Shown here: positions 1 to 9,565 of the stretch, one piece after another
Layout of the letters: every line of letters begins with the position of its first letter
Position numbering within the stretch: the first letter of the stretch is position 1
Assembly: GCA_016187745.1 (NCBI GenBank)
Contig: JACPJC010000005.1
Location: 64,001-128,000 of the forward strand
DNA: 64,000 nt
Direction: 5' to 3'
Source of the DNA: Candidatus Iainarchaeum sp.
GTDB lineage: Archaea; Iainarchaeota; Iainarchaeia; Iainarchaeales; JAXPJC01
The notes under the pieces: model-generated
The model's database searches: none
Seen by the model: the letters and a program-made list of their open reading frames with translations, nothing else
Told to the model about the DNA's origin: nothing
Program-made: the position numbers and the translations under genes

Positions 1-71
1 GCTTCCTCGCACTCAAGCGCTATTTTCCCTATGGTTTCATTCATCGGCTGCGCCGAGTGCTGCTGCATCAT
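1..71 (-). CDS. 5' end of a gene running off the window (MMQQHSAQPMNETIGKIALECEE...), product unknown
   Basis: ATGs at 71/68 on the minus strand, open to the window edge, divergent from the Lrp gene across an AT-rich TATA-containing spacer. Confidence 0.4.
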   Translation of the reverse strand, partial: MMQQHSAQPMNETIGKIALECEE

Positions 72-160
72 AGGATTATGCGCGCAAAAGTAATAAACCT
101 TGCTTTCGGAAAACAAACTTTTATATAATCTTGCGTTTGGAATATTAACAGGGAGATAGC

Positions 161-634
161 ATGGAGCTGACTTTGGATAAAATTGACCATAAAATAATTC
201 AGAAACTGCTTGAGGACGGAAGGGCGAGCTTCTCGGCAATTGCAAAGGAGATTGCGCTTACTGATGTTGCGATAAAGAAGCGCGTTGAGCGCCTGAAGAA
301 GCGCGGCATAATTTCCAACATTTCCGCCGAGCTCAATCTGAAGGTATTGGGCTATGAAAATCCCATATTTGTGCAGATACGCACGGAAATGAGCAAAAAC
401 AAGGATGTCATAAAGCGCCTGAAAGAACTTGATTACATTGTTGAATTGTATCAAATCCTCGGCGAATACAACCTTCTTGCAAAGCTGATAGTTCCGAACA
501 TTGAAAGCGCGGAAACCTTCATAAACAAGCTTGGAACCTTTGATGGAATTTTAGATGTGAAAACCCAGGTAATTCTCACAGAGCTGAAAAAGACCAATAC
601 GCTTCCCGCGCACTCGCTTCAGAAGAAGCTCTGA
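161..634 (+). CDS. Lrp/AsnC family transcriptional regulator
   Basis: N-terminal LDKIDHKIIQKLLEDGRASFSAIAKEI...RVERLKKRGII HTH; C-terminal RAM-like domain (ILGEYNLLAK); GGAGA upstream. Confidence 0.92.
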   Translation: MELTLDKIDHKIIQKLLEDGRASFSAIAKEIALTDVAIKKRVERLKKRGIISNISAELNLKVLGYENPIFVQIRTEMSKNKDVIKRLKELDYIVELYQILGEYNLLAKLIVPNIESAETFINKLGTFDGILDVKTQVILTELKKTNTLPAHSLQKKL

Positions 635-639
635 TTGCT

Positions 640-1293
640 ATGGCCGGCAGATATAACAGGATTAATTTGGCAAGGCTTAAGAAATTCCTTAAGCTCACAG
701 GCGGAAATATTAACAAAGCAGCCGGGCTGCATGGAAAAATTACAACTGAAGCCGCGAGGCTGGCTGTTTTGAATAATAAAGCGCTTAAGGAATTCAGGAA
801 AAAGGGAGGACAGGGTTCTGTAATGAGGGTGGCAGACCCCAATCTCAAAAAACTTGCCGGAAAGAATTCAGCATTTGAAAGGGATTTGGCGTGGCAGGAA
901 ACAATCCAGAAAGTGCTCGCAGCAAAAAACGTGAAAGAAGCCGCAGAACACCTGAATATAAATAAGGCTGGCCTGTACTCAAGGCTTAATCTCATTGGGG
1001 GAGTTAAAACATTTCTAAGAGATGAAAAACAGGCAAGACCAAAAACCACCACAAGGATTTTTGACGCAAAATTAATAAAGTTTGCAAGGGAATACCCCGG
1101 CCTGACAAGGCAGTTTGCAATACTGGATACTGTCTGGAAGAATAAAATAACAGGGAATGCGGAAAGGACCGCAAAAGCGATGAAACTTAAGGAAATAACA
1201 GTTTTCAAGAGGCTCCAGAACGCAAACGGCGCAATGGCCGCCCTTAGGGCACGGCTCCCGAATAAAACGCTCAGGGAACTGAAACTGCGCTGA
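640..1293 (+). CDS. Very basic hypothetical protein with three Fis-type HTH-like segments
   Basis: 217-aa ORF packed between the Lrp gene and topA; segments GGNINKAAGLHG, KNVKEAAEHLNINKAGLYSRL, GNAERTAKAMKLKEITVFKRL. Confidence 0.65.
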   Translation: MAGRYNRINLARLKKFLKLTGGNINKAAGLHGKITTEAARLAVLNNKALKEFRKKGGQGSVMRVADPNLKKLAGKNSAFERDLAWQETIQKVLAAKNVKEAAEHLNINKAGLYSRLNLIGGVKTFLRDEKQARPKTTTRIFDAKLIKFAREYPGLTRQFAILDTVWKNKITGNAERTAKAMKLKEITVFKRLQNANGAMAALRARLPNKTLRELKLR

Positions 1294-1337
1294 GTTGGCT
1301 TTTTATTACTTTTTGAATTCAAAGTTTGTTGATTGGC

Positions 1338-3563
1338 ATGATAGTGGTAATAACAGAGAAGGCCATTGCGGGCAACAGGATTGCGGGAATACTTTCCGGG
1401 GGGGACTTGAAGGAGGAGATGCGCGAGGGAATTCCCTTCTGGATTTTCGAAAGGGCAAACAAGCAATTTGCAGTTGTGCCATTGAAAGGGCATATTGTTG
1501 AACTGGATTTTCCGCCGCAGTACAAGCACTGGTTGGGAACTGACCTTAGAAAACTGAATTCCGCGCCAATCGAATACCTTCCCTCTGAAAAAAGGATTGT
1601 TGCGCTGCTTGAGAAAACAGCAAAGGGCGCCGATTCCGTAATTGTTGCAACTGATGCGGACAGGGAAGGGGAATCAATAGGGGTTGAGGCGCTGAATTTC
1701 ATGAAGGCAGTTAACCCAAAATTGAAAGCAGAGCGCGCCTATTTCTCGGCTATTACCCCACAGGACATAAATGAGGCATTTGGAAAGCTTGCAGAGGTTG
1801 ATTACAATCTGGCGGATTCCGCGGATGCGCGCAGGGAAATTGATTTGATATGGGGCGCAGTTCTCACGCGCTTCCTTTCCCTAGTTTCGGGGAGGATGGG
1901 TCATGAGTTTCTGAGCATAGGGCGCGTGCAGGGCCCTACCCTAAAAATAATTGTGGACAGGGAAAAGGAGAGGCTCGCCTTTTCCAGCAAAAAATACTGG
2001 GTTGTAAAGGCGATTTTTGAAAAGGAGAAGAAGGAGTTTGAGGCGATTCACAAAAAGGCGCGCCTCTGGGCAAAAGAGGAGGCGGAAGCCATCCTCAAGA
2101 AAAAAGCCCCAAGCGGAACTGTTGTGAAAGTTGAATCGCACAAAAGGGGCATAAGCCGGCCGATTCCCTTCAGCACAACCGGCTTTTTGCGCGCCGCAAC
2201 TCTGCTGGGATTTTCCGCAGGGGAGGCGATGAGCATTGCGGAAACCCTCTACATGCAGGGATATATTTCCTATCCCAGAACGGACAACACAGCATATCCG
2301 AAAACCCTTAACCTAAAGCAAATCCTTAATGAGCTGCTCAAAGGCGAATTTGCGCCGCTTGCTGAAAAAATCCTCGCGCTTGGAAAATTAATCCCGAGTT
2401 TCGGGAAAGAAACAAAGGACCATCCGCCAATCCATCCCGTCGCTTCAGCCCCAAAAAACAAAATCAGCGAAAGGGAGTGGAGGATTTACGAGCTGATTGT
2501 AAGGAATTTCCTTGCGACGCTCGCGGAGGATGCGCAGGTTGAAACAACAACAGTTGAAATTGACCTGAACTCGGAGCCCTTCATTGCAACAGGCCTGGTA
2601 ATACTTTCCCCGGGCTGGAAGGAATTCTATCCATATATTGCGCTAAAGGAAGTTACGCTTCCAAAGCTCCAGAAGGGCGATGTTGTGCTGCTGAAAAAAC
2701 TGGAAATGCTCGAGAAGGAGACCCAGCCCCCGACGCGCTACTCCCAGGGCGCGCTGATAAAGCTGATGGAGCAGTTGGGAATAGGCACAAAATCAACGCG
2801 CCATGAAATTATAAAAAAACTGTATCTGCGCAATTACATTTCCGGAATAAAATCCATCGAGCCCCATAAAATTGCGTTTGCAATAATTGCCGTGCTCGAC
2901 AAGTACTCGCAAAAAGTTGTGAAGCCGGAAATGACCTCTGATTTGGAAAAGGAAATGGACTTTGTTGCGGAGGGAAAAAAGAAGAAGGAAGAGATTGTTG
3001 ACGGAAGCAGGGGCGCGCTTGCAAGCATTTTGGATGAGTTGCTGCAGAACAAGGACAAGATCGGAAGCGAACTGAGGACCGCGCTGAGGCAGGACACAAT
3101 CCTTGCAAAATGCACAAGCTGCCCGGGGGATTTGCGCATAATAAAAAGCCGTTTCGGAAAGCGCTTCCTCGGCTGCACAAACTATCCCAAATGCACAACC
3201 ACTTATCCGCTTCCCCAGAAGGGAATCATTTCCCTTGGGAAGGAGCCCTGCAAGGAATGCGGCAAATTCACAATTGCAATAAAAGGCACGCGCTACAGGT
3301 TTGAGATGTGCATTGACCCCAACTGCAAAACAAAGGACGAGTGGAAGGCAAAAGCCGCGGCAAAAAAAGCGGAGGAAGCCGCGGCGCTTGAGGCGGAAAA
3401 ATTATCCGGCAAAAAAACTGAAGCAGGAATTGAAGCCGCAAAAAAGCCCGAAGCGCAGGCAGAAAAGGCAATTGGAAAGAAAGTGGAAATCAAGCCAATA
3501 AAGCCGCAGGAAAAAAAGGCAAAGCCAAAAGCCGTTAAAATTAAAAAAGAAAAGGGGCAGTGA
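1338..3563 (+). CDS. topA: DNA topoisomerase type IA with C-terminal Zn ribbons and Lys/Ala-rich tail
   Basis: TOPRIM ITEK and ATDADREGE, GRVQGP, catalytic GYISYPRTD, C-terminal CxxC...FLGCTNYPKC. Confidence 0.97.
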   Translation: MIVVITEKAIAGNRIAGILSGGDLKEEMREGIPFWIFERANKQFAVVPLKGHIVELDFPPQYKHWLGTDLRKLNSAPIEYLPSEKRIVALLEKTAKGADSVIVATDADREGESIGVEALNFMKAVNPKLKAERAYFSAITPQDINEAFGKLAEVDYNLADSADARREIDLIWGAVLTRFLSLVSGRMGHEFLSIGRVQGPTLKIIVDREKERLAFSSKKYWVVKAIFEKEKKEFEAIHKKARLWAKEEAEAILKKKAPSGTVVKVESHKRGISRPIPFSTTGFLRAATLLGFSAGEAMSIAETLYMQGYISYPRTDNTAYPKTLNLKQILNELLKGEFAPLAEKILALGKLIPSFGKETKDHPPIHPVASAPKNKISEREWRIYELIVRNFLATLAEDAQVETTTVEIDLNSEPFIATGLVILSPGWKEFYPYIALKEVTLPKLQKGDVVLLKKLEMLEKETQPPTRYSQGALIKLMEQLGIGTKSTRHEIIKKLYLRNYISGIKSIEPHKIAFAIIAVLDKYSQKVVKPEMTSDLEKEMDFVAEGKKKKEEIVDGSRGALASILDELLQNKDKIGSELRTALRQDTILAKCTSCPGDLRIIKSRFGKRFLGCTNYPKCTTTYPLPQKGIISLGKEPCKECGKFTIAIKGTRYRFEMCIDPNCKTKDEWKAKAAAKKAEEAAALEAEKLSGKKTEAGIEAAKKPEAQAEKAIGKKVEIKPIKPQEKKAKPKAVKIKKEKGQ

Positions 3564-3580
3564 AAAATAAAAAAAAGTTT

Positions 3581-3647
3581 AAGAGGGGGATCAGGATATT
3601 TTTTAAAAAAATATACCATTTAAGCCTGGTGAGCCTATCCCCCTCTT
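3581..3647. repeat. Intergenic inverted repeat (11-bp perfect arms) enclosing an AT-only hairpin
   Basis: aagagggggat (3581-3591) / atccccctctt (3637-3647); inner cagg/cctg and atattttt/aaaaatat. Confidence 0.6.
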
Positions 3648-3808
3648 TTGTGAATAATTCTAGGTTTTAGATTTATTCCCCCCTTCTGAGTTGTATAACT
3701 ATTGCATCATATCTTCCTTATATAAATTCTTTGGCTATAATTGTGCTGAAATGGATAGCTATTTTAATTTAATTGTTCTGGAATATATAATAAAGAGGGC
3801 ATATCTAT

Positions 3809-4351
3809 ATGCGCGCACCAAAGCGGATTGGCGATGAAATAAGGCTGAAAATACTGGAAGCGCTGCTCGAGAAGGGAAGCGTTGCCCCCAACATAAGGCA
3901 GATACAGAGAAAAACAGGCTTCCACAAGGCAACAATAAAGGCATCGCTTGATTTCCTCGCGAAGGAAGGCCTGCTCCAGGGCTATGGCCCGAAAATAAAT
4001 TTCCATTCCCTCGGCTACAAGCTTGAAACAACAGTTTTGCTGCAGGCTGACATGTCCGAGAAAAAGACCTTTGATGAGCTTGTGGAAAGAATAAAAAAGG
4101 ATCCGCATATCTATCAGTTAGCATCAGTAATAGGCTCCGGGAACTGGAACCTGCTTGCAAGGCACATCTACAAGGATGTTGAATCCTACCACAACAACGA
4201 CCTGAAAAATTACTATGAGGCAATTCCCGGGATTTTCAAGGTCATAAAGGACAGGCAGATATTCTATGCGACAGAGCCGTACTACAAGAGCGCCTCGCGC
4301 ACGCGCTCGATAATAGAGCTTATAAGGCGCTCAAAGGAAGGGAAGGACTGA
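3809..4351 (+). CDS. Lrp/AsnC-like transcriptional regulator
   Basis: N-terminal wHTH (ILEALLEKG...IQRKTGFHKATIKASLDFLAKEGLL), linker INFHSLGY, RAM-like C-terminus (GNWNLL). Confidence 0.75.
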   Translation: MRAPKRIGDEIRLKILEALLEKGSVAPNIRQIQRKTGFHKATIKASLDFLAKEGLLQGYGPKINFHSLGYKLETTVLLQADMSEKKTFDELVERIKKDPHIYQLASVIGSGNWNLLARHIYKDVESYHNNDLKNYYEAIPGIFKVIKDRQIFYATEPYYKSASRTRSIIELIRRSKEGKD

Positions 4352-4355
4352 AAAA

Positions 4356-5165
4356 ATGAATGTGGAAATTGACTTGCGGAAAAGCCTGAATGAAAACGCA
4401 TCGGATTACTTCAACAGGGCGAAGAAGCTGAAAAGCAAAATACACGGGCTGCAGATTGCGCTGCAGGAAACCCAGAAAAAGGCTGAAATGCTCAGGAGAA
4501 GGGAGCAGCAGCAATTGCAGAGAAAGGAAAGGGTTCCCGAGAAGCGCAGGGAAAGGGAATGGTATGAGAAATTCCACTGGTTTTTCTCCTCTGACAATTA
4601 CCTTGTTATTGCGGGAAGGGACGCGGCAAGCAATGAGCTGCTTGTAAAGAAATACATGGAGCCCAGCGATGTTTATTTCCATTCCGATATCCAGGGGGCG
4701 GCGCACTGCATAATAAAATCAACAAACAGCAAGGCCCCGGAGGCAACAATGAATGAGGCTGCGCAGTTTGCAGCTGTATTCTCAAAGGCATGGGCGCTCG
4801 GAATTGCCGCAGTTGATGTTTATTCTGTTGCGCCTGAACAGGTAAGCAAGTCCGCGAAATCCGGGGAATATCTCTCAAAGGGCGCATTTGCAATCTCCGG
4901 GAGCCGCGAATGGTACAAAAAAATGAAGCTCGAGCTTGCGGTAGGGGTGCGCAAGGAAAAGGAAGCCTATGTAGTAATTTCAGGGCCTGTTTCGGCAACG
5001 GAAAAGCATTCAATCGCGTTTGTAAGGATTGCGCAGGACTCGATGGACAGGAACGGGCTTGCAAAGCAAATCAAAGCCGCATTGGAAAAGAAGATTGAAA
5101 AGTTTGGGGCGCTCAGCCTTGATGAGATAAATTCCATGCTTCCCGGAGGGGGGAAAATTGCATAA
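4356..5165 (+). CDS. Short NFACT/Rqc2-related protein (coiled coil + NFACT-R RNA-binding domain)
   Basis: SLNENASDYFNRAKKLKSK coiled coil; WYEKFHWFFSSDNYLVIAGRDAASNE; FHSDIQGA; QVSKSAKSGEYLSKGAF. Confidence 0.9.
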   Translation: MNVEIDLRKSLNENASDYFNRAKKLKSKIHGLQIALQETQKKAEMLRRREQQQLQRKERVPEKRREREWYEKFHWFFSSDNYLVIAGRDAASNELLVKKYMEPSDVYFHSDIQGAAHCIIKSTNSKAPEATMNEAAQFAAVFSKAWALGIAAVDVYSVAPEQVSKSAKSGEYLSKGAFAISGSREWYKKMKLELAVGVRKEKEAYVVISGPVSATEKHSIAFVRIAQDSMDRNGLAKQIKAALEKKIEKFGALSLDEINSMLPGGGKIA

Positions 5166-5724
5166 CGCAAGGGCGCTTGAGGAATTCGCAAAAAACAGGC
5201 TCAGGGGAATTCCCGTCCTCGGGTTTGCATGCATCCTGAGGGTCAGGCGCAATGCGGAAATAATTTCAGAAGGAATGGATTTTGATGGAAAAATCCTCCA
5301 TGCCGCAATTTACCTCCACAACCTGGGGATGGAGCAGGCGCTGAAATACAACCAGGATGCGATTGCAACCTCAATGGCGCTCGCAAAGAAATTAATGCTC
5401 AACAACAATTTCACGCAATCGGAAATTGACAGGGTACTGCACTGCATTTCCGAAGCCCACCTGAACGGAAAGCCGAAAACAGCCGAGGCAAAAATACTGC
5501 ACGATGCGAAAATGCTTGACGAATGCGGCGCCTCCGGAATCCTCAATGACTGCTATGCGCTCGCGCAGCGCAAAAAAACCTCGCCGCAAATTGCCTCGCA
5601 TTTTGCCTCAAAAGCAAGCCTGCTCAAAGGCGCATTTTTCACGCAGTCCGGAAAGGAGCTCTCAGGCGGGAGCATTGCATTATATGTGGAATTTGCAAAA
5701 TCGCTGGAAAAGGAAATCCTGTAA
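5158..5724 (+). CDS. HD-domain-like protein with degenerate HD motif
   Basis: ILHAAIYLHNLG (HD to HN), IDRVLHCISEAH, PKTAEAKILHDAKMLDECGASG; TTG start overlapping the previous gene. Confidence 0.7.
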   Translation: MHNARALEEFAKNRLRGIPVLGFACILRVRRNAEIISEGMDFDGKILHAAIYLHNLGMEQALKYNQDAIATSMALAKKLMLNNNFTQSEIDRVLHCISEAHLNGKPKTAEAKILHDAKMLDECGASGILNDCYALAQRKKTSPQIASHFASKASLLKGAFFTQSGKELSGGSIALYVEFAKSLEKEIL

Positions 5725-5773
5725 ATTTGTGCCGGATTGGACGGGTTTAAAATCCTTTGGAATTTAAGTTCTT

Positions 5774-7978
5774 ATGGAGCTGGGCAGCATGTTGGCAGGC
5801 GATAAAAAGCGCAAGGAAATTGTCCTCAGGGTGCAGGACCCTGACCCGAGCCATGTGGGGCGCAATATTGTCACGCTGAGCCGCAAGGCAAAGGAAGAGC
5901 TTGAAATTACCTCGGGAGACATTGTTGAGATTGAGGCAACCAAAAAAACTGCTGCTGTTGTATGGCCCGCAAGGCCCGAGGACGAGGGCAAGGACATTAT
6001 AAGGATGGATTCCCTCATAAGGAGAAATGCCGGAGTTGGGCTTGGAGAAAAGGTAACAATAAGGAAGGCGCACGTTGAGGAAGCAAAAAAGGTTGTTCTG
6101 GCCCCAACGCAGGAAGTTAGGATTATAGCTTCAGGCTATGACAGGATATTAAAGCGCAATTTCATCGGAAGGCCGCTCACAAAAGGCGACAGCGTATGGA
6201 TAAGCGTCTTCGGCTCCGGCTTTATTTACATTGTTACTGAAACCTCCCCGCGCGGAATAGTAAGGGTTACCGATTACACGCAGTTCATCCTGAAGGAAGA
6301 GCCGGTAAAGGAAGCCGCCGAAGGAGTCCCGAAGGTTGCCTATGAGGACATTGGGGGCCTGGAAGAGCAGGTCCAGAAAGTAAGGGAAATGATTGAACTG
6401 CCAATGCGCCATCCGGAGCTTTTCAGGCGCTTGGGGATTGACCCCCCTAAAGGCGTTTTATTGCATGGCCCCCCGGGCTGCGGAAAAACGCTCCTTGCAA
6501 AGGCAGTTGCAAATGAAACCAATGCGCATTTCATTTCCATTTCCGCCCCTGAAGTAATGAGCAAATTTGTGGGGGAGGCGGAAGAGCGCATAAGGCAGCT
6601 GTTCAAGGATGCGCAGGAAAATGCCCCGAGCATAATTTTCATTGACGAGATTGATGCGATTGCCCCAAAGCGCGAAGAGGTAATTGGGGAAGTGGAGAGA
6701 AGGGTTGTTGCCCAATTGCTTGCAGCAATGGACGGGATGGAAGCGCGCGGGAATGTTATTGTGATTGCAGCAACAAACCGCATAAATTCAATTGATGAGG
6801 CGCTGCGCAGGCCCGGAAGGTTTGACAGGGAAATAGAATTCCCGGTTCCTGACAGAAAGGGAAGGAAGGAGGTTCTCCAGATTCACACAAGGGGAATGCC
6901 GCTCGCAAAGGATGTTGACCTTGACCATTTTGCAAATATTACGCACGGGTTTGTGGGTGCAGACCTCTCCGCGCTCGGGAAAGAGGCCGCAATGAAGGCA
7001 TTGCGCAGATATCTCCCTGAAATAAACCTGGAGGATGAAACAATCCCGCAGGAAGTCCTTGAGAAGCTTGAGGTAAACAGGGAAGATTTCATAAACGGCC
7101 TTAAGGATGTCCAGCCTTCTGCGCTCAGGGAAGTTACAATTGAAATCCCGAATGTGAAGTGGGAGGACATTGGCGCACTGGACCATGTGAAAGAGGAACT
7201 GCGCCAGGCGGTTGAATGGCCGCTGCAGAACCCGGAGGCATTCAAGAAATTAGGCATAAAGCCCCCGAAAGGAATTCTGCTTTACGGGCCTCCGGGCTGC
7301 GGAAAAACCCTTATTGCAAAGGCGCTCGCAACTGAAAGCGGGATAAATTTCATTTCAATAAAAGGCCCTGAGCTCCTGAGCATGTATGTCGGGGAAAGCG
7401 AGCGCGGGATAAGAAAAGTCTTCAGGCGCGCAAGGCAAGTGGCCCCTGTAATAGTATTCTTTGATGAAATTGATTCAATTGCAAGCAGGCGCGGCGCACA
7501 CACTGATTCCGGGGTAACGGAAAGGGTTGTAAATCAATTGCTTACAGAGCTTGATGGAATAGAAAACCTCAAGGATGTTATTTTTGTTGCCGCAACAAAC
7601 CGCCCCGATTTGATGGATCCGGGATTATTGCGCCCGGGTAGGATTGACAAGATAATCAAGATTGACGCGCCCGAGAAAAAGGCAAGGCTTGAAATACTGA
7701 GAATACACACAAAGAAAATCCCCCTTGACAGGAATGTCCCGCTTGAGGAGCTTGCGGAAAAAACCGAAGGATACAGCGGCGCGGACCTTGAGGGATTGGT
7801 AAGGGAAGCCGCGCTGATTGCGCTTAAGGAAAGCGGAATGAAAGTTGAGAAAGTTGATAAAAAGCACTTTGCGCAGGCAATGCAGAAAATTCTCCCGAGC
7901 ATAAGCAAGGAAACAACAGAGGCGTATGACGAATTCAGGAACAGCTATTCCACATACAAGCCGAGCTATGTAGGCTAA
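5774..7978 (+). CDS. cdc48: CDC48/VAT family AAA+ ATPase
   Basis: N domain plus two AAA modules (GPPGCGKT twice, [30 protein letters not shown]). Confidence 0.97.
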   Translation: MELGSMLAGDKKRKEIVLRVQDPDPSHVGRNIVTLSRKAKEELEITSGDIVEIEATKKTAAVVWPARPEDEGKDIIRMDSLIRRNAGVGLGEKVTIRKAHVEEAKKVVLAPTQEVRIIASGYDRILKRNFIGRPLTKGDSVWISVFGSGFIYIVTETSPRGIVRVTDYTQFILKEEPVKEAAEGVPKVAYEDIGGLEEQVQKVREMIELPMRHPELFRRLGIDPPKGVLLHGPPGCGKTLLAKAVANETNAHFISISAPEVMSKFVGEAEERIRQLFKDAQENAPSIIFIDEIDAIAPKREEVIGEVERRVVAQLLAAMDGMEARGNVIVIAATNRINSIDEALRRPGRFDREIEFPVPDRKGRKEVLQIHTRGMPLAKDVDLDHFANITHGFVGADLSALGKEAAMKALRRYLPEINLEDETIPQEVLEKLEVNREDFINGLKDVQPSALREVTIEIPNVKWEDIGALDHVKEELRQAVEWPLQNPEAFKKLGIKPPKGILLYGPPGCGKTLIAKALATESGINFISIKGPELLSMYVGESERGIRKVFRRARQVAPVIVFFDEIDSIASRRGAHTDSGVTERVVNQLLTELDGIENLKDVIFVAATNRPDLMDPGLLRPGRIDKIIKIDAPEKKARLEILRIHTKKIPLDRNVPLEELAEKTEGYSGADLEGLVREAALIALKESGMKVEKVDKKHFAQAMQKILPSISKETTEAYDEFRNSYSTYKPSYVG

Positions 7979-8049
7979 CCAATCCTTTCTCTTTTAAAAA
8001 AAAGAAAGTCTAGGTGTTACCTAAAGAGAAAAAAGGTTCAAGTTTCTGA

Positions 8050-8643
8050 TTAAAAAACCAGCCCCGGCAGAAATGCAATTACAGCGCTCGGCACGAACAA
8101 AATTCCCCAGACCAAGGGATTCCATGAAATTACCTTTGTGCCATCCAACGGCCCGAAGGGAAGCAGGTTGAAGGCAGCGAGGAAAAGATTCACGCGCATC
8201 CCAATTCCAGCAATCGCTGCAACAAGCGGCGAAAATGGCAGAACAAGAATTGAAACCAGAAGGAATATGGCCGCAATTATTATGTTTGTAAGCGGCCCCG
8301 CGGCTGAAATTATTCCGTTTTCTTTCCTCCCTAAATTCTCGCCAAATATGTAAACCGCGCCAGGCGCTGCGAAAACAAACCCGCCGTTTGTAAGCAATGA
8401 AAGCAGAAGCGCCAGCCCCAATCCATAGGGCCATGCGAAATACTCGGCATGGCTGCCGTAATGGATTGCGGTGTATTTGTGCGCAAGCTCATGCAATACA
8501 AATCCAGTGCCTACTGCTATAATCACTGCAACAAATGAAATTGCAATCCAATAAAGCGGCGGTAGGGGAAAGCCGGGCCATGCGAATGCTATTGCTATTA
8601 CAAGCATTGAAAGCAATATGTCGCGGACTTCGCGCGGGTTCAT
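8050..8643 (-). CDS. Site-2 protease (M50) membrane metalloprotease
   Basis: HELAH zinc motif, ISAAGPLTN, FNLLPFGPLDG, multiple TM segments. Confidence 0.93.
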   Translation of the reverse strand: MNPREVRDILLSMLVIAIAFAWPGFPLPPLYWIAISFVAVIIAVGTGFVLHELAHKYTAIHYGSHAEYFAWPYGLGLALLLSLLTNGGFVFAAPGAVYIFGENLGRKENGIISAAGPLTNIIIAAIFLLVSILVLPFSPLVAAIAGIGMRVNLFLAAFNLLPFGPLDGTKVISWNPLVWGILFVPSAVIAFLPGLVF

Positions 8644-8686
8644 GGTTAAATTAGAATGCAAAATGCTTTAAATTCTATTTCTGAAT

Positions 8687-9007
8687 TTATTTGGCTATCA
8701 TTTCGAGTTTCTTCTCAGATATGACTTTAAGCATCACCTTCTCCCCGCTTTTCAGCTCCAGCGCCTCCTCTATTCTTTTAGGAATCCTTACAATCAGATT
8801 GCTCCTAATTCTTCCAAGCTTTACCTCAAGCGCAGCACTCTTCAACTTATTCTGGAGAAGAAGCCTCTCGGCCTGTATTGGCTCAAGATACTCCTCCCCG
8901 CACTTGCACTTCCATCCATCTATCTCGCTGCCCTGAATTCTCAGCCTTGCCCCGTAAGCTTTCTTGCCGCATCTGGCGCAAATCATCCAATTTTCATTAT
9001 CCTTCAT
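8687..9007 (-). CDS. Zn-ribbon + AbrB/MazE-type DNA-binding protein (putative antitoxin)
   Basis: CARC...WKCKCGEEY Zn ribbon followed by KLGRIRSNLIVRIPKRIEEALELKSGEKV AbrB signature. Confidence 0.75.
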   Translation of the reverse strand: MKDNENWMICARCGKKAYGARLRIQGSEIDGWKCKCGEEYLEPIQAERLLLQNKLKSAALEVKLGRIRSNLIVRIPKRIEEALELKSGEKVMLKVISEKKLEMIAK

Positions 9008-9008
9008 T

Positions 9009-9287
9009 TTAGAAAACCCCGGCATGAATTATCAGCCAACACCCTGTTCTGTAAAAGTTGTTGTATGCATTAACAACCACAACCTTTAATGTTTTGTTCC
9101 CTCTCCAAATGCATTTTTCAATCACATCCTTCTTTCTTCTGCCGCTTCCGCAATCAAACCCATATTCCAAAATTTCAGCAACATCACACAATGAAATGCC
9201 GCATTGCTCCAATTCAGTGAAAGCGCTTCTTGATGGAATTACCGGCAATCCCATGTAGCGCGGATAAATTACAAAGTCATTATACAT
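9009..9287 (-). CDS. Small DUF4258/RelE-like protein (putative toxin)
   Basis: SRSAFTELEQCGISLCDVAEILEYG...LKVVVV...WLIIHA pattern; directly upstream of the antitoxin-like gene. Confidence 0.55.
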   Translation of the reverse strand: MYNDFVIYPRYMGLPVIPSRSAFTELEQCGISLCDVAEILEYGFDCGSGRRKKDVIEKCIWRGNKTLKVVVVNAYNNFYRTGCWLIIHAGVF

Positions 9288-9392
9288 ATGTAATCAGCAT
9301 ATGTTATTAAAATATGTTTTTACAATCCATTTATATATCGTTAATCAACGAAATATTTAAAATACCTTCCATTCAGTATATGTATGATTTTT

Positions 9393-9560
9393 ATGGATTG
9401 CAAAGCACAAATCTCAATAGAAATGATAATAGTTCTTGCGGCAGTTGTTGCAATTGTATTGCTGCTGGTTTCGCAGCTGCAGCAGACGAGCAAGCAGGGC
9501 GCCGATGTGATAAAAAAGAAAACCGACGACATCTTCAAGGAAATAACGGACATAGCCTAG
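9393..9560 (+). CDS. 55-aa class III signal peptide (pilin-like) protein, absent from the ORF track
   Basis: Manual translation MDCKAQISIEMIIVLAAVVAIVLLLVSQLQQTSKQGADVIKKKTDDIFKEITDIA*; KA|QISIE prepilin-peptidase motif with +5 Glu and a hydrophobic helix. Confidence 0.85.
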   Translation: MDCKAQISIEMIIVLAAVVAIVLLLVSQLQQTSKQGADVIKKKTDDIFKEITDIA

Positions 9561-9565
9561 GGAAA

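Noticed and set aside
576-1529. Long antisense ORFs (also 39921-40931, 47675-48535, 28461-29114 and similar)
   Set aside because: Shadows of sense-strand genes with no recognisable motifs
9314-9565. N-terminal 84 aa of the 9314..10000 ORF
   Set aside because: Overlaps the better-supported 55-aa pilin in another frame; the class III signal places the start at 9566
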